A DNA stretch of 64,000 nucleotides, taken from positions 15,995 to 79,994 of the forward strand of contig CABRZR010000001.1 of assembly GCA_902475535.1 (NCBI GenBank). Direction: 5' to 3'. Positions 55,591 to 63,489 of the stretch are shown here, piece after piece. Origin of the DNA: an uncultured Coriobacteriia bacterium (GTDB taxonomy: Bacteria > Actinomycetota > Coriobacteriia > Coriobacteriales > QAMH01). The notes under the pieces were generated by a model. It was not told where the DNA came from. It worked only from the letters and a program-made list of their open reading frames with translations, and searched no databases. The first letter of the stretch is position 1. Each line of letters opens with the position of its first letter. A program made the translations under genes and the position numbers.

Positions 55591-56841
55591 ATGAACAACC
55601 CGATGGACACCGAACCAAATGAGACCGTCGAGGCGAGATGGCGTCTACGGGCGTTTCGGGCCTGGGCCATCGTCGGCATCTGTATCATCATCGGCATTCT
55701 GCTCTACATCGCCGGCATCATCTGGCAAGCCGTGGCCGTCATCATCGTGACGGCGTTGCTCGTCTTTCTGCTGCACGGCTTCGTCAACAGGCTCCAGAGA
55801 CACGGCATCCCCCGTTGGGGCGGCACGACCATCGCGTTCCTGCTCATCATCGCCATCATCGTGGCCTGCTTCATGGTGCTCATCCCCGCCATCGTCCAAC
55901 AGCTCACCTCGTTCACCCAGCAGCTCCCCGGGTATCTCTCGCAAATCCAGGACTTCGTCACCAAGGCAAGTTCCTCGACGCAGTTCTTCGACGGCGAGAG
56001 CATCAACTCGCTGCTCACGCAGGCGGCATCCTTCATCCGCCAGCAGGCGGGCGCGCTGGCGAGCGGCCTGGCAAACGGCGTCATGGGCGGCATCGTGAGC
56101 GTCGGTAACGTCATCCTCATCACCTTCATCTCGTTCATCTGCTCGTTCTGGATTCTGCTCGACCTCCCCGTGCTCACGCGTGAGGTGCGCGGCCTCGTGG
56201 ACGAGAAATACCAGGACGACATTGACGTCGTGACCCACGCCTTTGGCACCGCCGTCTATGGATGGGCCAAGTCGACCTTGCTCTGCGCGCTCATCACGGG
56301 TGTCGCGAGCTGGCTCTGCTTCCTCATTCTCGGCATCCCCTACTCCGTGGTTCTGGGCTTCCTGTGCGGCATCCTGTATTTCGTGCCCTACATCGGCCCC
56401 ATGGTCTCGTGCGCGATCGTCGCGATCATCGCGCTCTTCGTCTCGCCGCTTGTGTGCCTCATCTCGATCGTGGTCAACATGGTCATCAACAACGTCATCG
56501 GCAACATCATCTCGCCCAAGCTCATGAAGAGCTCGGTCAACGTCTATCCCGCGCTCATTCTCGTGGCGATCCTCGTGGGCAGCGCCCTGGGCGGCATCCC
56601 CGGCATGTTGCTCTCGATTCCCGTCATCGGCGCCCTGCAGGGCATCTTCATCGCGTATTACGAGCTCATCACCGGCAAGAAGATCGCGACGGAGGACGGC
56701 GTGCTCTTCCAGCTGCCCAAGCCCAAGAAGAACCGCAAGACCCCCAAGCTCATCAAGGACATCAAGAACGATCTGCAGCGCGAGAAGAAGCAGAGTGCTG
56801 ATGAAAGCGCCCCCAAGCAGGAAGACGAGGAGCAGAAGTAA
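55591..56841 (+). CDS. AI-2E family transporter (PerM/YhhT-like permease)
   Basis: It is multi-pass, with a typical C-terminal core reading VVLGFLCGILYFVPYIGPMV...NVIGNIISPKLMKSSVNVYPALILVAILVGSALGGIPGMLLSIPV. The start is taken after the tRNA, so the track start at 55324 is rejected. Confidence 0.8.
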   Translation: MNNPMDTEPNETVEARWRLRAFRAWAIVGICIIIGILLYIAGIIWQAVAVIIVTALLVFLLHGFVNRLQRHGIPRWGGTTIAFLLIIAIIVACFMVLIPAIVQQLTSFTQQLPGYLSQIQDFVTKASSSTQFFDGESINSLLTQAASFIRQQAGALASGLANGVMGGIVSVGNVILITFISFICSFWILLDLPVLTREVRGLVDEKYQDDIDVVTHAFGTAVYGWAKSTLLCALITGVASWLCFLILGIPYSVVLGFLCGILYFVPYIGPMVSCAIVAIIALFVSPLVCLISIVVNMVINNVIGNIISPKLMKSSVNVYPALILVAILVGSALGGIPGMLLSIPVIGALQGIFIAYYELITGKKIATEDGVLFQLPKPKKNRKTPKLIKDIKNDLQREKKQSADESAPKQEDEEQK

Positions 56842-56918
56842 CCCCTCGTCCACGGTCTGCTGCGCCTCCCCTATCCGCGTGCTAGGATAATCACATCGAC
56901 ACGCGCGAGGAGGTTCCC

Positions 56919-58307
56919 ATGGCACTCCAGGCAGCATTCATCGTCCCGCATCCCCCGCTCATCATCCCCGCTGTTGGGCGCGGCAAGGAGACGGACATCC
57001 AGGCAACCATCGATGCATACGACGAGGTGGCGCAACAGATAGCCGCGCTCAAGCCGCAAACCATCGTTGTGACTTCGCCGCATGCGACGGCATACCGTGA
57101 TTATTTCCACATCTCACCCGGCAACAGCGCCCAAGGTGACATGCGCCGTTTCGATGCCCGTGATACGGAGCTTTCCTGCAGGTACGACACCGAGCTCGCA
57201 AATCGTATCTCGACGCTTGCCGCCGCCGAGGACTTCCCCGCCGGCACCGAGGGCGAACGAGACCCTTCCATCGATCACGCGACCTACATCCCCCTCTACT
57301 TCGTCGACAAGTTCTACCAGGATTACGAGGTGGTGCGCATTGGCCTGTCGGGTTACGGACCGATGGAGCACTACCACCTCGGCCAGCTCATCACGCAGGC
57401 AGCAGACCAGCTCGATTGTCGCGTGGTGCTCGTCGCGAGTGGCGACCTCTCGCACAAGCTCACCTACGACGGCCCCTATGGCTTCGCGCCCGAAGGCCCC
57501 GTCTTCGACGAGCAGATCACCGAGGCGATGGCCCAGGGCGATTTCATGCGCATCCTGAGCTTCGATGAAGGCTTCTGCGACAAGGCTGCCGAGTGCGGTC
57601 TGCGCTCGTTCCAAATCATGGCGGGCGCCCTCGACGGCAAGAGCGTCGATGCGCACTTGCTCTCCTACGAAGGTCCTTTCGGCGTGGGCTATGCCGTTGC
57701 GTCCTTCATCGTGACGGGAGACGACGATACGCGCCGTTTTGGCACGCGTTACGAGGACGAACAGCGCATGAAGGTGCAGCAGGCACGTGCGCACGAGGAC
57801 CCGTACGTCACGCTGGCCCGCGCGAGCATCGAGCATTTCGTGCGCGAGCACACGCCCCTTCCACGGCCCGACGATTTGCCCGAGGAGATGCTCACGCGGC
57901 GTGCGGGTGTCTTCGTGTCGCTACACGAGCACGGCCGCCTGCGCGGATGCATCGGCACCATCGGCCCCGTAACGCCGTGCATCGCCGACGAGATCATCCG
58001 CAACGGTATCTCGGCGTGCAGCGAGGATCCGCGCTTCGACCCGGTACGCCCCAATGAACTCGACCAGCTCGAGATCAGCGTCGACGTGCTTGGCGAGCCG
58101 CAGGACATTGCGTCAACCGACGAGCTCGATCCGCAACGCTACGGCGTCATCGTAAGCAACGGTGGTCGTCGTGGCCTGCTGCTTCCCATGCTCGACGGCG
58201 TGGATACGGTCGCCGAGCAAGTCGAAATCGCCATGCGCAAGGGCGGTATCGGCCCACACGAACCCGGCACGACGCTCCAACGCTTCGAGGTCATCCGCCA
58301 CGAATGA
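56919..58307 (+). CDS. AmmeMemoRadiSam system fusion protein: protein B (MEMO1-like) N-terminal half plus protein A (AMMECR1) C-terminal half
   Basis: ATG follows GAGGAGG. The N-terminal half includes MALQAAFIVPHPPLIIP...LVASGDLSHKL. The C-terminal half has the AMMECR1 signature GVFVSLHEHGRLRGCIGTIGP...EDPRFDPV. Confidence 0.8.
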   Translation: MALQAAFIVPHPPLIIPAVGRGKETDIQATIDAYDEVAQQIAALKPQTIVVTSPHATAYRDYFHISPGNSAQGDMRRFDARDTELSCRYDTELANRISTLAAAEDFPAGTEGERDPSIDHATYIPLYFVDKFYQDYEVVRIGLSGYGPMEHYHLGQLITQAADQLDCRVVLVASGDLSHKLTYDGPYGFAPEGPVFDEQITEAMAQGDFMRILSFDEGFCDKAAECGLRSFQIMAGALDGKSVDAHLLSYEGPFGVGYAVASFIVTGDDDTRRFGTRYEDEQRMKVQQARAHEDPYVTLARASIEHFVREHTPLPRPDDLPEEMLTRRAGVFVSLHEHGRLRGCIGTIGPVTPCIADEIIRNGISACSEDPRFDPVRPNELDQLEISVDVLGEPQDIASTDELDPQRYGVIVSNGGRRGLLLPMLDGVDTVAEQVEIAMRKGGIGPHEPGTTLQRFEVIRHE

Positions 58308-58314
58308 GGCAGTT

Positions 58315-58388
58315 GTGCTTGGCACGCTGTCTCATAGCATTGGCGTTCTCTCAGTTTTGACCAACTTTTGAGACAGCGTGCCAGGCAC
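58315..58388. repeat. 74-bp palindromic intergenic element, copy B (arms GTGCTTGGCACGCTGTCTCA / TGAGACAGCGTGCCAGGCAC)
   Basis: Read directly. It sits between the two AmmeMemoRadiSam genes. Confidence 0.8.
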
Positions 58389-58417
58389 ATTCCGGCAAGC
58401 GAAAGCATAGGAGCGTC

Positions 58418-59137
58418 ATGAAGGTCACATCACTCGCTCTCGACCCTATCGAGAAGAAACCGCTGGCCCGATATAAACCCGGTTCGATGATCCTGTCCGT
58501 GGGCAGCGTAGGCTGCACGATGCATTGCCCTTGGTGTCAGAATCACCAGATTGCCCAGCCGCAGGACCCACAGCTCGTTCCCACGCGTGAGATGAGCAGC
58601 GAGGAGCTCGTGGCGCAAGCACGGGCACTTGTGGACGAGGGAAACATCGGTCTGGCCTACACCTATAACGAGCCGCTCATGCGCTGGCGCGAGGTGCTTG
58701 CATGCGCCCAGGCCATGCACGAGGCCAGGCTCGACAACGTTGTGGTCACGAACGGCCTCATCGCACCCGACAAGCTCGCGCAGCTTCTACCCTACATCGA
58801 TGCCTTCAACATTGACCTCAAGGGCTTCGACCAATCTGTTTACGACATCACGGGAGGCAAGCTCGATACGGTCAAGAACACGATCGAGCAGGCGCATGAG
58901 GGCGCACATGTTGAGGTGACGACACTCGTCATTCCCGGTGTCAACGATGACATGGAGCTTCTGGACAAGGAGGCGGCCTGGCTTGCAAGCATCGACAAGG
59001 ACATGCCGCTGCACCTCACGCGCTTCTTTCCTCAGTATCGCTATGCAGACCGCCCTGCAACGCCCCTGGAGACGCTCTACAGGGCCCAGGAGGTTGCCAG
59101 CAGGCATCTGGACGACGTGCTGCTGGGAAATGTTTAG
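58418..59137 (+). CDS. AmmeMemoRadiSam system radical SAM enzyme (PflA-like activase family)
   Basis: The Cx3Cx2C motif appears in GSVGCTMHCPWCQNHQI. The ORF is 239 aa and lies next to the B/A fusion. Confidence 0.8.
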   Translation: MKVTSLALDPIEKKPLARYKPGSMILSVGSVGCTMHCPWCQNHQIAQPQDPQLVPTREMSSEELVAQARALVDEGNIGLAYTYNEPLMRWREVLACAQAMHEARLDNVVVTNGLIAPDKLAQLLPYIDAFNIDLKGFDQSVYDITGGKLDTVKNTIEQAHEGAHVEVTTLVIPGVNDDMELLDKEAAWLASIDKDMPLHLTRFFPQYRYADRPATPLETLYRAQEVASRHLDDVLLGNV

Positions 59138-59152
59138 AAGGCGCGTTTAGAG

Positions 59153-59351
59153 GCAGCTGACGCGTGTATCGGGCGATGCCCCGATTGCAGAAGCGGAGAA
59201 AACGCGAAGCGGTCTTGCGAGGACTGTCTGAGCGCGCCGCCTTTGCGCGCAAGTTTCCCTAAAGGGACTAGCTTCGCGTCACCGCACGCAGCTGAGCGTT
59301 TTCTAGCTTCGGGTGCAATCGACTGGCGAGCCCAATACACGCGTCAGCTGC
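59153..59351. ncRNA. 199-bp long imperfect hairpin: candidate structured ncRNA (6S-like architecture) or MITE
   Basis: The outer arms GCAGCTGACGCGTGTAT (59153..59169) and ATACACGCGTCAGCTGC (59335..59351) are perfect complements. Nested complementary blocks include GAAAACGC/GCGTTTTC and ACGCGAAGC/GCTTCGCGT. Central small hairpins are also present. No covariance model was run and the strand is unknown. Confidence 0.3.
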
Positions 59352-59360
59352 TCCTTTCAT

Positions 59361-59392
59361 GTGAACACAAAAGGGGTCGCGATTGCGACCCC
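59361..59392 (-). terminator. Rho-independent terminator downstream of tRNA-Ser(GGA)
   Basis: The stem is GGGGTCGC-aatc-GCGACCCC, followed by TTTTGTGTT on the minus strand. Confidence 0.7.
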
Positions 59393-59406
59393 TTGTCGAT
59401 TCGTGC

Positions 59407-59499
59407 TGGCGGAGGGATAGGGATTTGAACCCTAGGTACCGCTCTAAACGGCACACACGATTTCCAATCGTGCTCCTTAAGCCACTCGGACATCCCTCC
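59407..59499 (-). tRNA. tRNA-Ser (anticodon GGA), long variable arm, encoded CCA
   Basis: The reverse complement is GGAGGGATGTCCGAGTGGCTTAAGGAGCACGATTGGAAATCGTGTGTGCCGTTTAGAGCGGTACCTAGGGTTCAAATCCCTATCCCTCCGCCA. Confidence 0.85.
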
Positions 59500-59549
59500 G
59501 TGCTGTAGCTCATGCGTCAGTGACGACGCGGTTTGCTAGTATAGCAAAC

Positions 59550-60512
59550 TCATGCGTGCTCTTCGAGGGCAAGTTCGATAAGTATGCGGCATAGCGCCCC
59601 GAAGGAGATTCCCACCGTACCCGCCGTGTCGGGCAACAGCGAGGTCGACGTCATGCCTGGCAGCGTGTTGGTCTCGATGACCCAGCACTCTCCCGCCTCG
59701 TCCACCATGATGTCCGTACGCGAAACGCCCTTGCAGCCCAACACCTCATGAGCGCGCAGGGCGGCAGCCTGACAAGCCGCCGTCGTACGGTCATCGAGGC
59801 GTGCGGGGATGATGTGCTTAGAACCGCCTGCGGCATACTTCGCCGTGAAGTCGTAGGAGGTGCTATCGCCCTGGGGGACGATCTCGATGACGGGGAGTGC
59901 CTCGGGCTGCGCGTTGCCAAGCACCGCCACCGTGGTTTCGGTACCGGGAATAAAGCTTTCGACGACTACCTCGTCATCGAATTCGAGGGCATTTTGGATG
60001 GCTTCCGCAAGCTCTATCTTTCCCTCGACGATATAGGTGCCGATAGACGAACCGCCGTGCGCGGCCTTCACCACGACCTTTTCCCCGAGCTTCTCGATGA
60101 TTTTCTCAGCATCAGGAGTATCACCAGAGCGAACGATGACCCACGGAGCCGTCTTCAGGCCTACAGAGTCGTACATGATCTTGGAGCGTCCCTTGTCCAT
60201 GGCCAGGGCGCTTGCGAGAACGCCCGAACCCGTGTAAGGCACCTCCAGGAGCTCACAGACGCCCTGGATACAACCGTCTTCGCCGCCCTTCCCGTGTAGC
60301 GCCAAAAAGACCACGGTCGGCTGCGCGTCAATGATTTGCTGAAGGGCATCGCTCTGTGCAGGATCAATCTCTACGACATCGAAGCCCTCTTCTCGCAGGG
60401 CTGCAGCACATGCGGCTCCCGACTTGAGAGATATCTCACGCTCGTCGCTCTTCCCTCCCTTGAGTAGAACGACCTTCGTCACTGCGGGATCACACGGCTT
60501 GATGGTAATCAT
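59550..60512 (-). CDS. ddl: D-alanine--D-alanine ligase
   Basis: The 320-aa ORF shows the ATP-grasp Ddl pattern: VLLKGGKSDEREISLKSG...VFLALHGKGGEDGCIQG...KAAHGGSSIG...VIETNTLPGMT. Confidence 0.9.
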   Translation of the reverse strand: MITIKPCDPAVTKVVLLKGGKSDEREISLKSGAACAAALREEGFDVVEIDPAQSDALQQIIDAQPTVVFLALHGKGGEDGCIQGVCELLEVPYTGSGVLASALAMDKGRSKIMYDSVGLKTAPWVIVRSGDTPDAEKIIEKLGEKVVVKAAHGGSSIGTYIVEGKIELAEAIQNALEFDDEVVVESFIPGTETTVAVLGNAQPEALPVIEIVPQGDSTSYDFTAKYAAGGSKHIIPARLDDRTTAACQAAALRAHEVLGCKGVSRTDIMVDEAGECWVIETNTLPGMTSTSLLPDTAGTVGISFGALCRILIELALEEHA

Positions 60513-60596
60513 GCTGGGCCTCTCATGGTGCGTCGAAGCGATATGGTGAGCAAAATGGTATCGTAATGCCTGTCACTGCGTCTAGACGGGGTTTTC

Positions 60597-61643
60597 ATGG
60601 AAGCAAAACGCGACATCAAATCACTCAGCCACCACGAACTCGAAGAGCTCATGGAAGAGCTCGGTCAGCCCCGCTATCGCGTCAAGCAGCTCGAAGAGTG
60701 GTTGTACGTGCGAGGCTGCTCATTTATCTCTGACATGGATAATATACCCAAGAGTCTTCGCACACAGCTTGATGAACGCTTCTTTATCGGATCCCTCAAG
60801 CTCGTTACGCGCCAGATCTCCCAAGACGGTACAAGGAAGTATCTCTTCGAGATTCCCAACGGTGCACGGGTGGAGACCGTGGGGATTCCCTCTTCCGATG
60901 GCGAGCGGCTCACGGTCTGCTTTTCATCGCAGGCTGGTTGTCCCATGGGGTGCAGCTTCTGCGCGACAGGACGTTCTGGTTTTACCTGCAACCTCACGAG
61001 TGGCGAGATGTACGACCAGGTCATGTATGTCGCCAAGGACTTTGGCATGCGCGTGACCAACGTAGTCTGCATGGGCCAGGGCGAGCCCTTCCTTAACTAC
61101 GATGCCGTTCTTGAAGCCCTGCGCCACATGAACGCAAAAGTTGGTTTGGGTATCGGAGCGCGTCATATCACAGTATCAACCTGCGGCCTGCTTGATGGCA
61201 TACAGCGCTTCTCGCAAGAGCCCGAGCAGTTCACCCTTGCTATTTCCCTACACGCAGCAACTCAGGAAACACGCGATGCCCTTATGCCCGGTGTTGCAAA
61301 TGTCTCTCTTGAGGAGCTTCATCAGGCAATCAAGGACTACGGAGAAATCACCAAGCGTCGTCCTTCGCTCGAGTACGCTCCTATCGAAGGTGTAAACGAC
61401 AGTGATGAACATATCGCTGCTCTCGTAGACTTTTGCAAGGGCATGCTATGCCACGTTAACGTTATTCCATTGAACCCGATAACCCCAGGTCAGGAGCTTG
61501 ACGGTATGCTTATGCCGTCAAAACGAACCAAGCATATTGCGCATGAGTTAAGTGCTCATGGCATCGAGAATTCCATGAGAAAATCCCGCGGAAAAGACAT
61601 TGACGGAGCCTGTGGTCAGCTCCGTCAACGTGTTGAAGAATGA
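60597..61643 (+). CDS. rlmN: 23S rRNA/tRNA (adenine-C2)-methyltransferase RlmN (radical SAM)
   Basis: Sequence includes QPRYRVKQLEEWLY, the CSSQAGCPMGCSFCATG cluster, and GEPFLNYD...NVIPLNP. Confidence 0.9.
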   Translation: MEAKRDIKSLSHHELEELMEELGQPRYRVKQLEEWLYVRGCSFISDMDNIPKSLRTQLDERFFIGSLKLVTRQISQDGTRKYLFEIPNGARVETVGIPSSDGERLTVCFSSQAGCPMGCSFCATGRSGFTCNLTSGEMYDQVMYVAKDFGMRVTNVVCMGQGEPFLNYDAVLEALRHMNAKVGLGIGARHITVSTCGLLDGIQRFSQEPEQFTLAISLHAATQETRDALMPGVANVSLEELHQAIKDYGEITKRRPSLEYAPIEGVNDSDEHIAALVDFCKGMLCHVNVIPLNPITPGQELDGMLMPSKRTKHIAHELSAHGIENSMRKSRGKDIDGACGQLRQRVEE

Positions 61644-61657
61644 CATGTCTTCGGTAT

Positions 61658-62512
61658 TTACCGAATCAGGTTAAAGATCCTCTGCAAATCGTCTTCGTCT
61701 TTAAACTCAATCTCAATCTTATTCTTGCCTCGTGAGGACTTAATGCGCACCTGCGTATCGAGCTCGTGGCGTAATTCCTTCGCAACAAGCTTATATGTGC
61801 GCGGTAACGGAGCACGTTTTGCGCGCTCACTTGTACCAGAAGCAACGAGACGAGCAATGTTCTCGGCATCTCGCACCGTCAAATGCTCGGCGATGATCTT
61901 ATCTGCAAGGTTCGTGCGCTTTTCCTCCTCGGGAATGGAGAGAATGGCGCGCGCATGCCCGGCAGTAAGAGCACCATCATATACGTAATCCTGGATTTGC
62001 TGCGGCAAATCGAGAAGTCGGAGCGAGTTTGCAACGGCGGAGCGCGATTTTGATACCGCAGCGGCAAGTTCTGCTTGCGTCAGACCGCCTCGTGCCATCA
62101 AATCCTTATATCCACGTGCTTCTTCTATTGCGTTCAAGTCAGAACGCTGGAGATTCTCGACAAGGGCAATTCTAAGCGCCTGCTCATCGTCCATTTCGAT
62201 GATACGTACGGGAACAGACTCAAGACCGGCTATTTTACTTGCCTGCCAACGCCTTTCACCTGCAACAATCTGATACATACCGTCTTTGGGACGTACGATA
62301 ATTGCCTGCAAAAGACCCTCTTTGCGAATAGAATCCGCAAGATTTGCAAGCTCCTCTTCGTCAAAAACCTTACGAGGCTGATCAGGATTCGGTTGAATCT
62401 GCGTTATCAGAAGCTCTTCCTGTGTACTTTCGCTTCCACTTCCAGACTCTATTGACGCATCTGCAATGAGCGCGCTTAGACCCTTGCCAAGTCCACCTTT
62501 TTTCGTAGCCAT
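61658..62512 (-). CDS. parB: Chromosome partitioning protein ParB
   Basis: Sequence includes GGLGKGLSALI, QPRKVFDEEEL..LADSIRKEGLLQAIIVRP...YQIVAGERRWQAS, and an HTH region. Confidence 0.9.
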   Translation of the reverse strand: MATKKGGLGKGLSALIADASIESGSGSESTQEELLITQIQPNPDQPRKVFDEEELANLADSIRKEGLLQAIIVRPKDGMYQIVAGERRWQASKIAGLESVPVRIIEMDDEQALRIALVENLQRSDLNAIEEARGYKDLMARGGLTQAELAAAVSKSRSAVANSLRLLDLPQQIQDYVYDGALTAGHARAILSIPEEEKRTNLADKIIAEHLTVRDAENIARLVASGTSERAKRAPLPRTYKLVAKELRHELDTQVRIKSSRGKNKIEIEFKDEDDLQRIFNLIR

Positions 62513-62526
62513 GAGCGTCCTCCGTT

Positions 62527-63342
62527 TCAGCTGAGTTTCTTGTAACGCTTTATAACTTCTTTTGCCAGATCTCTGTACGCCTCGGCACCTTTACCGCTCG
62601 AGTCATATTCGGTAATGGGCTCACCGTAACTTGGTGCCTCCGAAATGCGAACCGTACGCGGAATACGTGTCTTAAAGACTTTATCCCCAAACACGTTTTC
62701 GACTTCGCTTGCAACATCCTTGGAAAGCGTCGTCCTCTTGTCGTACATCGTGATAACAACACCAAAGACATCAAGCTTCGGATTAATGCGTTTTTTGACC
62801 ATATTCATTGAATCAATGATTTTTGACAAACCTTCAAGTGCATAGAACTCGCACTGAATGGGAATAATAAGTTGGTTTGCAGCTGCAAGCGCATTTATCG
62901 TTAACAATCCCAAAGACGGGGGACAATCAACAAGAATGAAGTCAAAGTCATCTTTAATCTCTTTAAGTGCATCATTTAAACGGAACTCACGTGCAATCTC
63001 GTCGACGAGCTTCGTTTCTGCACCGGCAAGATCAATCGTCGCAGGGAGCAGCCACGTGTTTTTGGTGTCAATTTCACTAACTGCATCTTCAGTTGAAACA
63101 TTATCATCCACAAGGCAGTTATATGTACTCAGCTCACACTGAGTCTTATCGTAACCAACGCCTGTTGTGGCATTACCCTGTGCATCAAGATCAACAAGAA
63201 GCACCTTATAGTTCTTCTCTCCCAATGCTGCACCAAGGTTTACTGCAGTTGTTGATTTACCAACGCCGCCCTTTTGGTTGATGACAGCTAGAATCAATGG
63301 TTCCCTTGATTCATCTTTTCTTTTTGCTTCTTTGAAATTCAC
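62527..63342 (-). CDS. parA: Chromosome partitioning ATPase ParA/Soj
   Basis: It has the deviant Walker A motif VINQKGGVGKSTTAVNL, plus LVDLDAQGNAT and DFILVDCPPSLG. Confidence 0.9.
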   Translation of the reverse strand: MNFKEAKRKDESREPLILAVINQKGGVGKSTTAVNLGAALGEKNYKVLLVDLDAQGNATTGVGYDKTQCELSTYNCLVDDNVSTEDAVSEIDTKNTWLLPATIDLAGAETKLVDEIAREFRLNDALKEIKDDFDFILVDCPPSLGLLTINALAAANQLIIPIQCEFYALEGLSKIIDSMNMVKKRINPKLDVFGVVITMYDKRTTLSKDVASEVENVFGDKVFKTRIPRTVRISEAPSYGEPITEYDSSGKGAEAYRDLAKEVIKRYKKLS

Positions 63343-63420
63343 GTCGTCCCTCTCTGTAGATCTTCAATCAATGTTTGAAGGAAACTGACCTTGCATCTAA
63401 TATACACTACTTCCTTCCCA

Positions 63421-63436
63421 TGTTTCACGTGAAACA
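63421..63436. promoter_or_regulatory. parS site, perfect 16-bp palindrome TGTTTCACGTGAAACA
   Basis: It matches the canonical parS consensus TGTTNCACGTGAAACA and lies upstream of parA. Confidence 0.85.
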
Positions 63437-63457
63437 GATTGAATCACATCACGTTCA

Positions 63458-63473
63458 TGTTTCACGTGAAACA
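63458..63473. promoter_or_regulatory. Second identical parS site TGTTTCACGTGAAACA
   Basis: It is identical to the first site and starts 37 bp away from it. Confidence 0.85.
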
Positions 63474-63489
63474 TGGGATGAGTTCTAGT

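Noticed and set aside
51784-58334. TGGCACG in the arms of the 74-bp elements as sigma-54 -24 boxes
   Set aside because: No TTGC/GC -12 element is present at the required spacing, since TGGCACGYTGTCTCA follows. The sequence is better explained as a palindrome arm.
61650-61665. Small hairpin TTCGGTAttTACCGAA between convergent rlmN and parB as a terminator
   Set aside because: It has a 7-bp AT-rich stem with a 2-nt loop and overlaps the parB stop codon. No U tract is present, so it is too weak to call.
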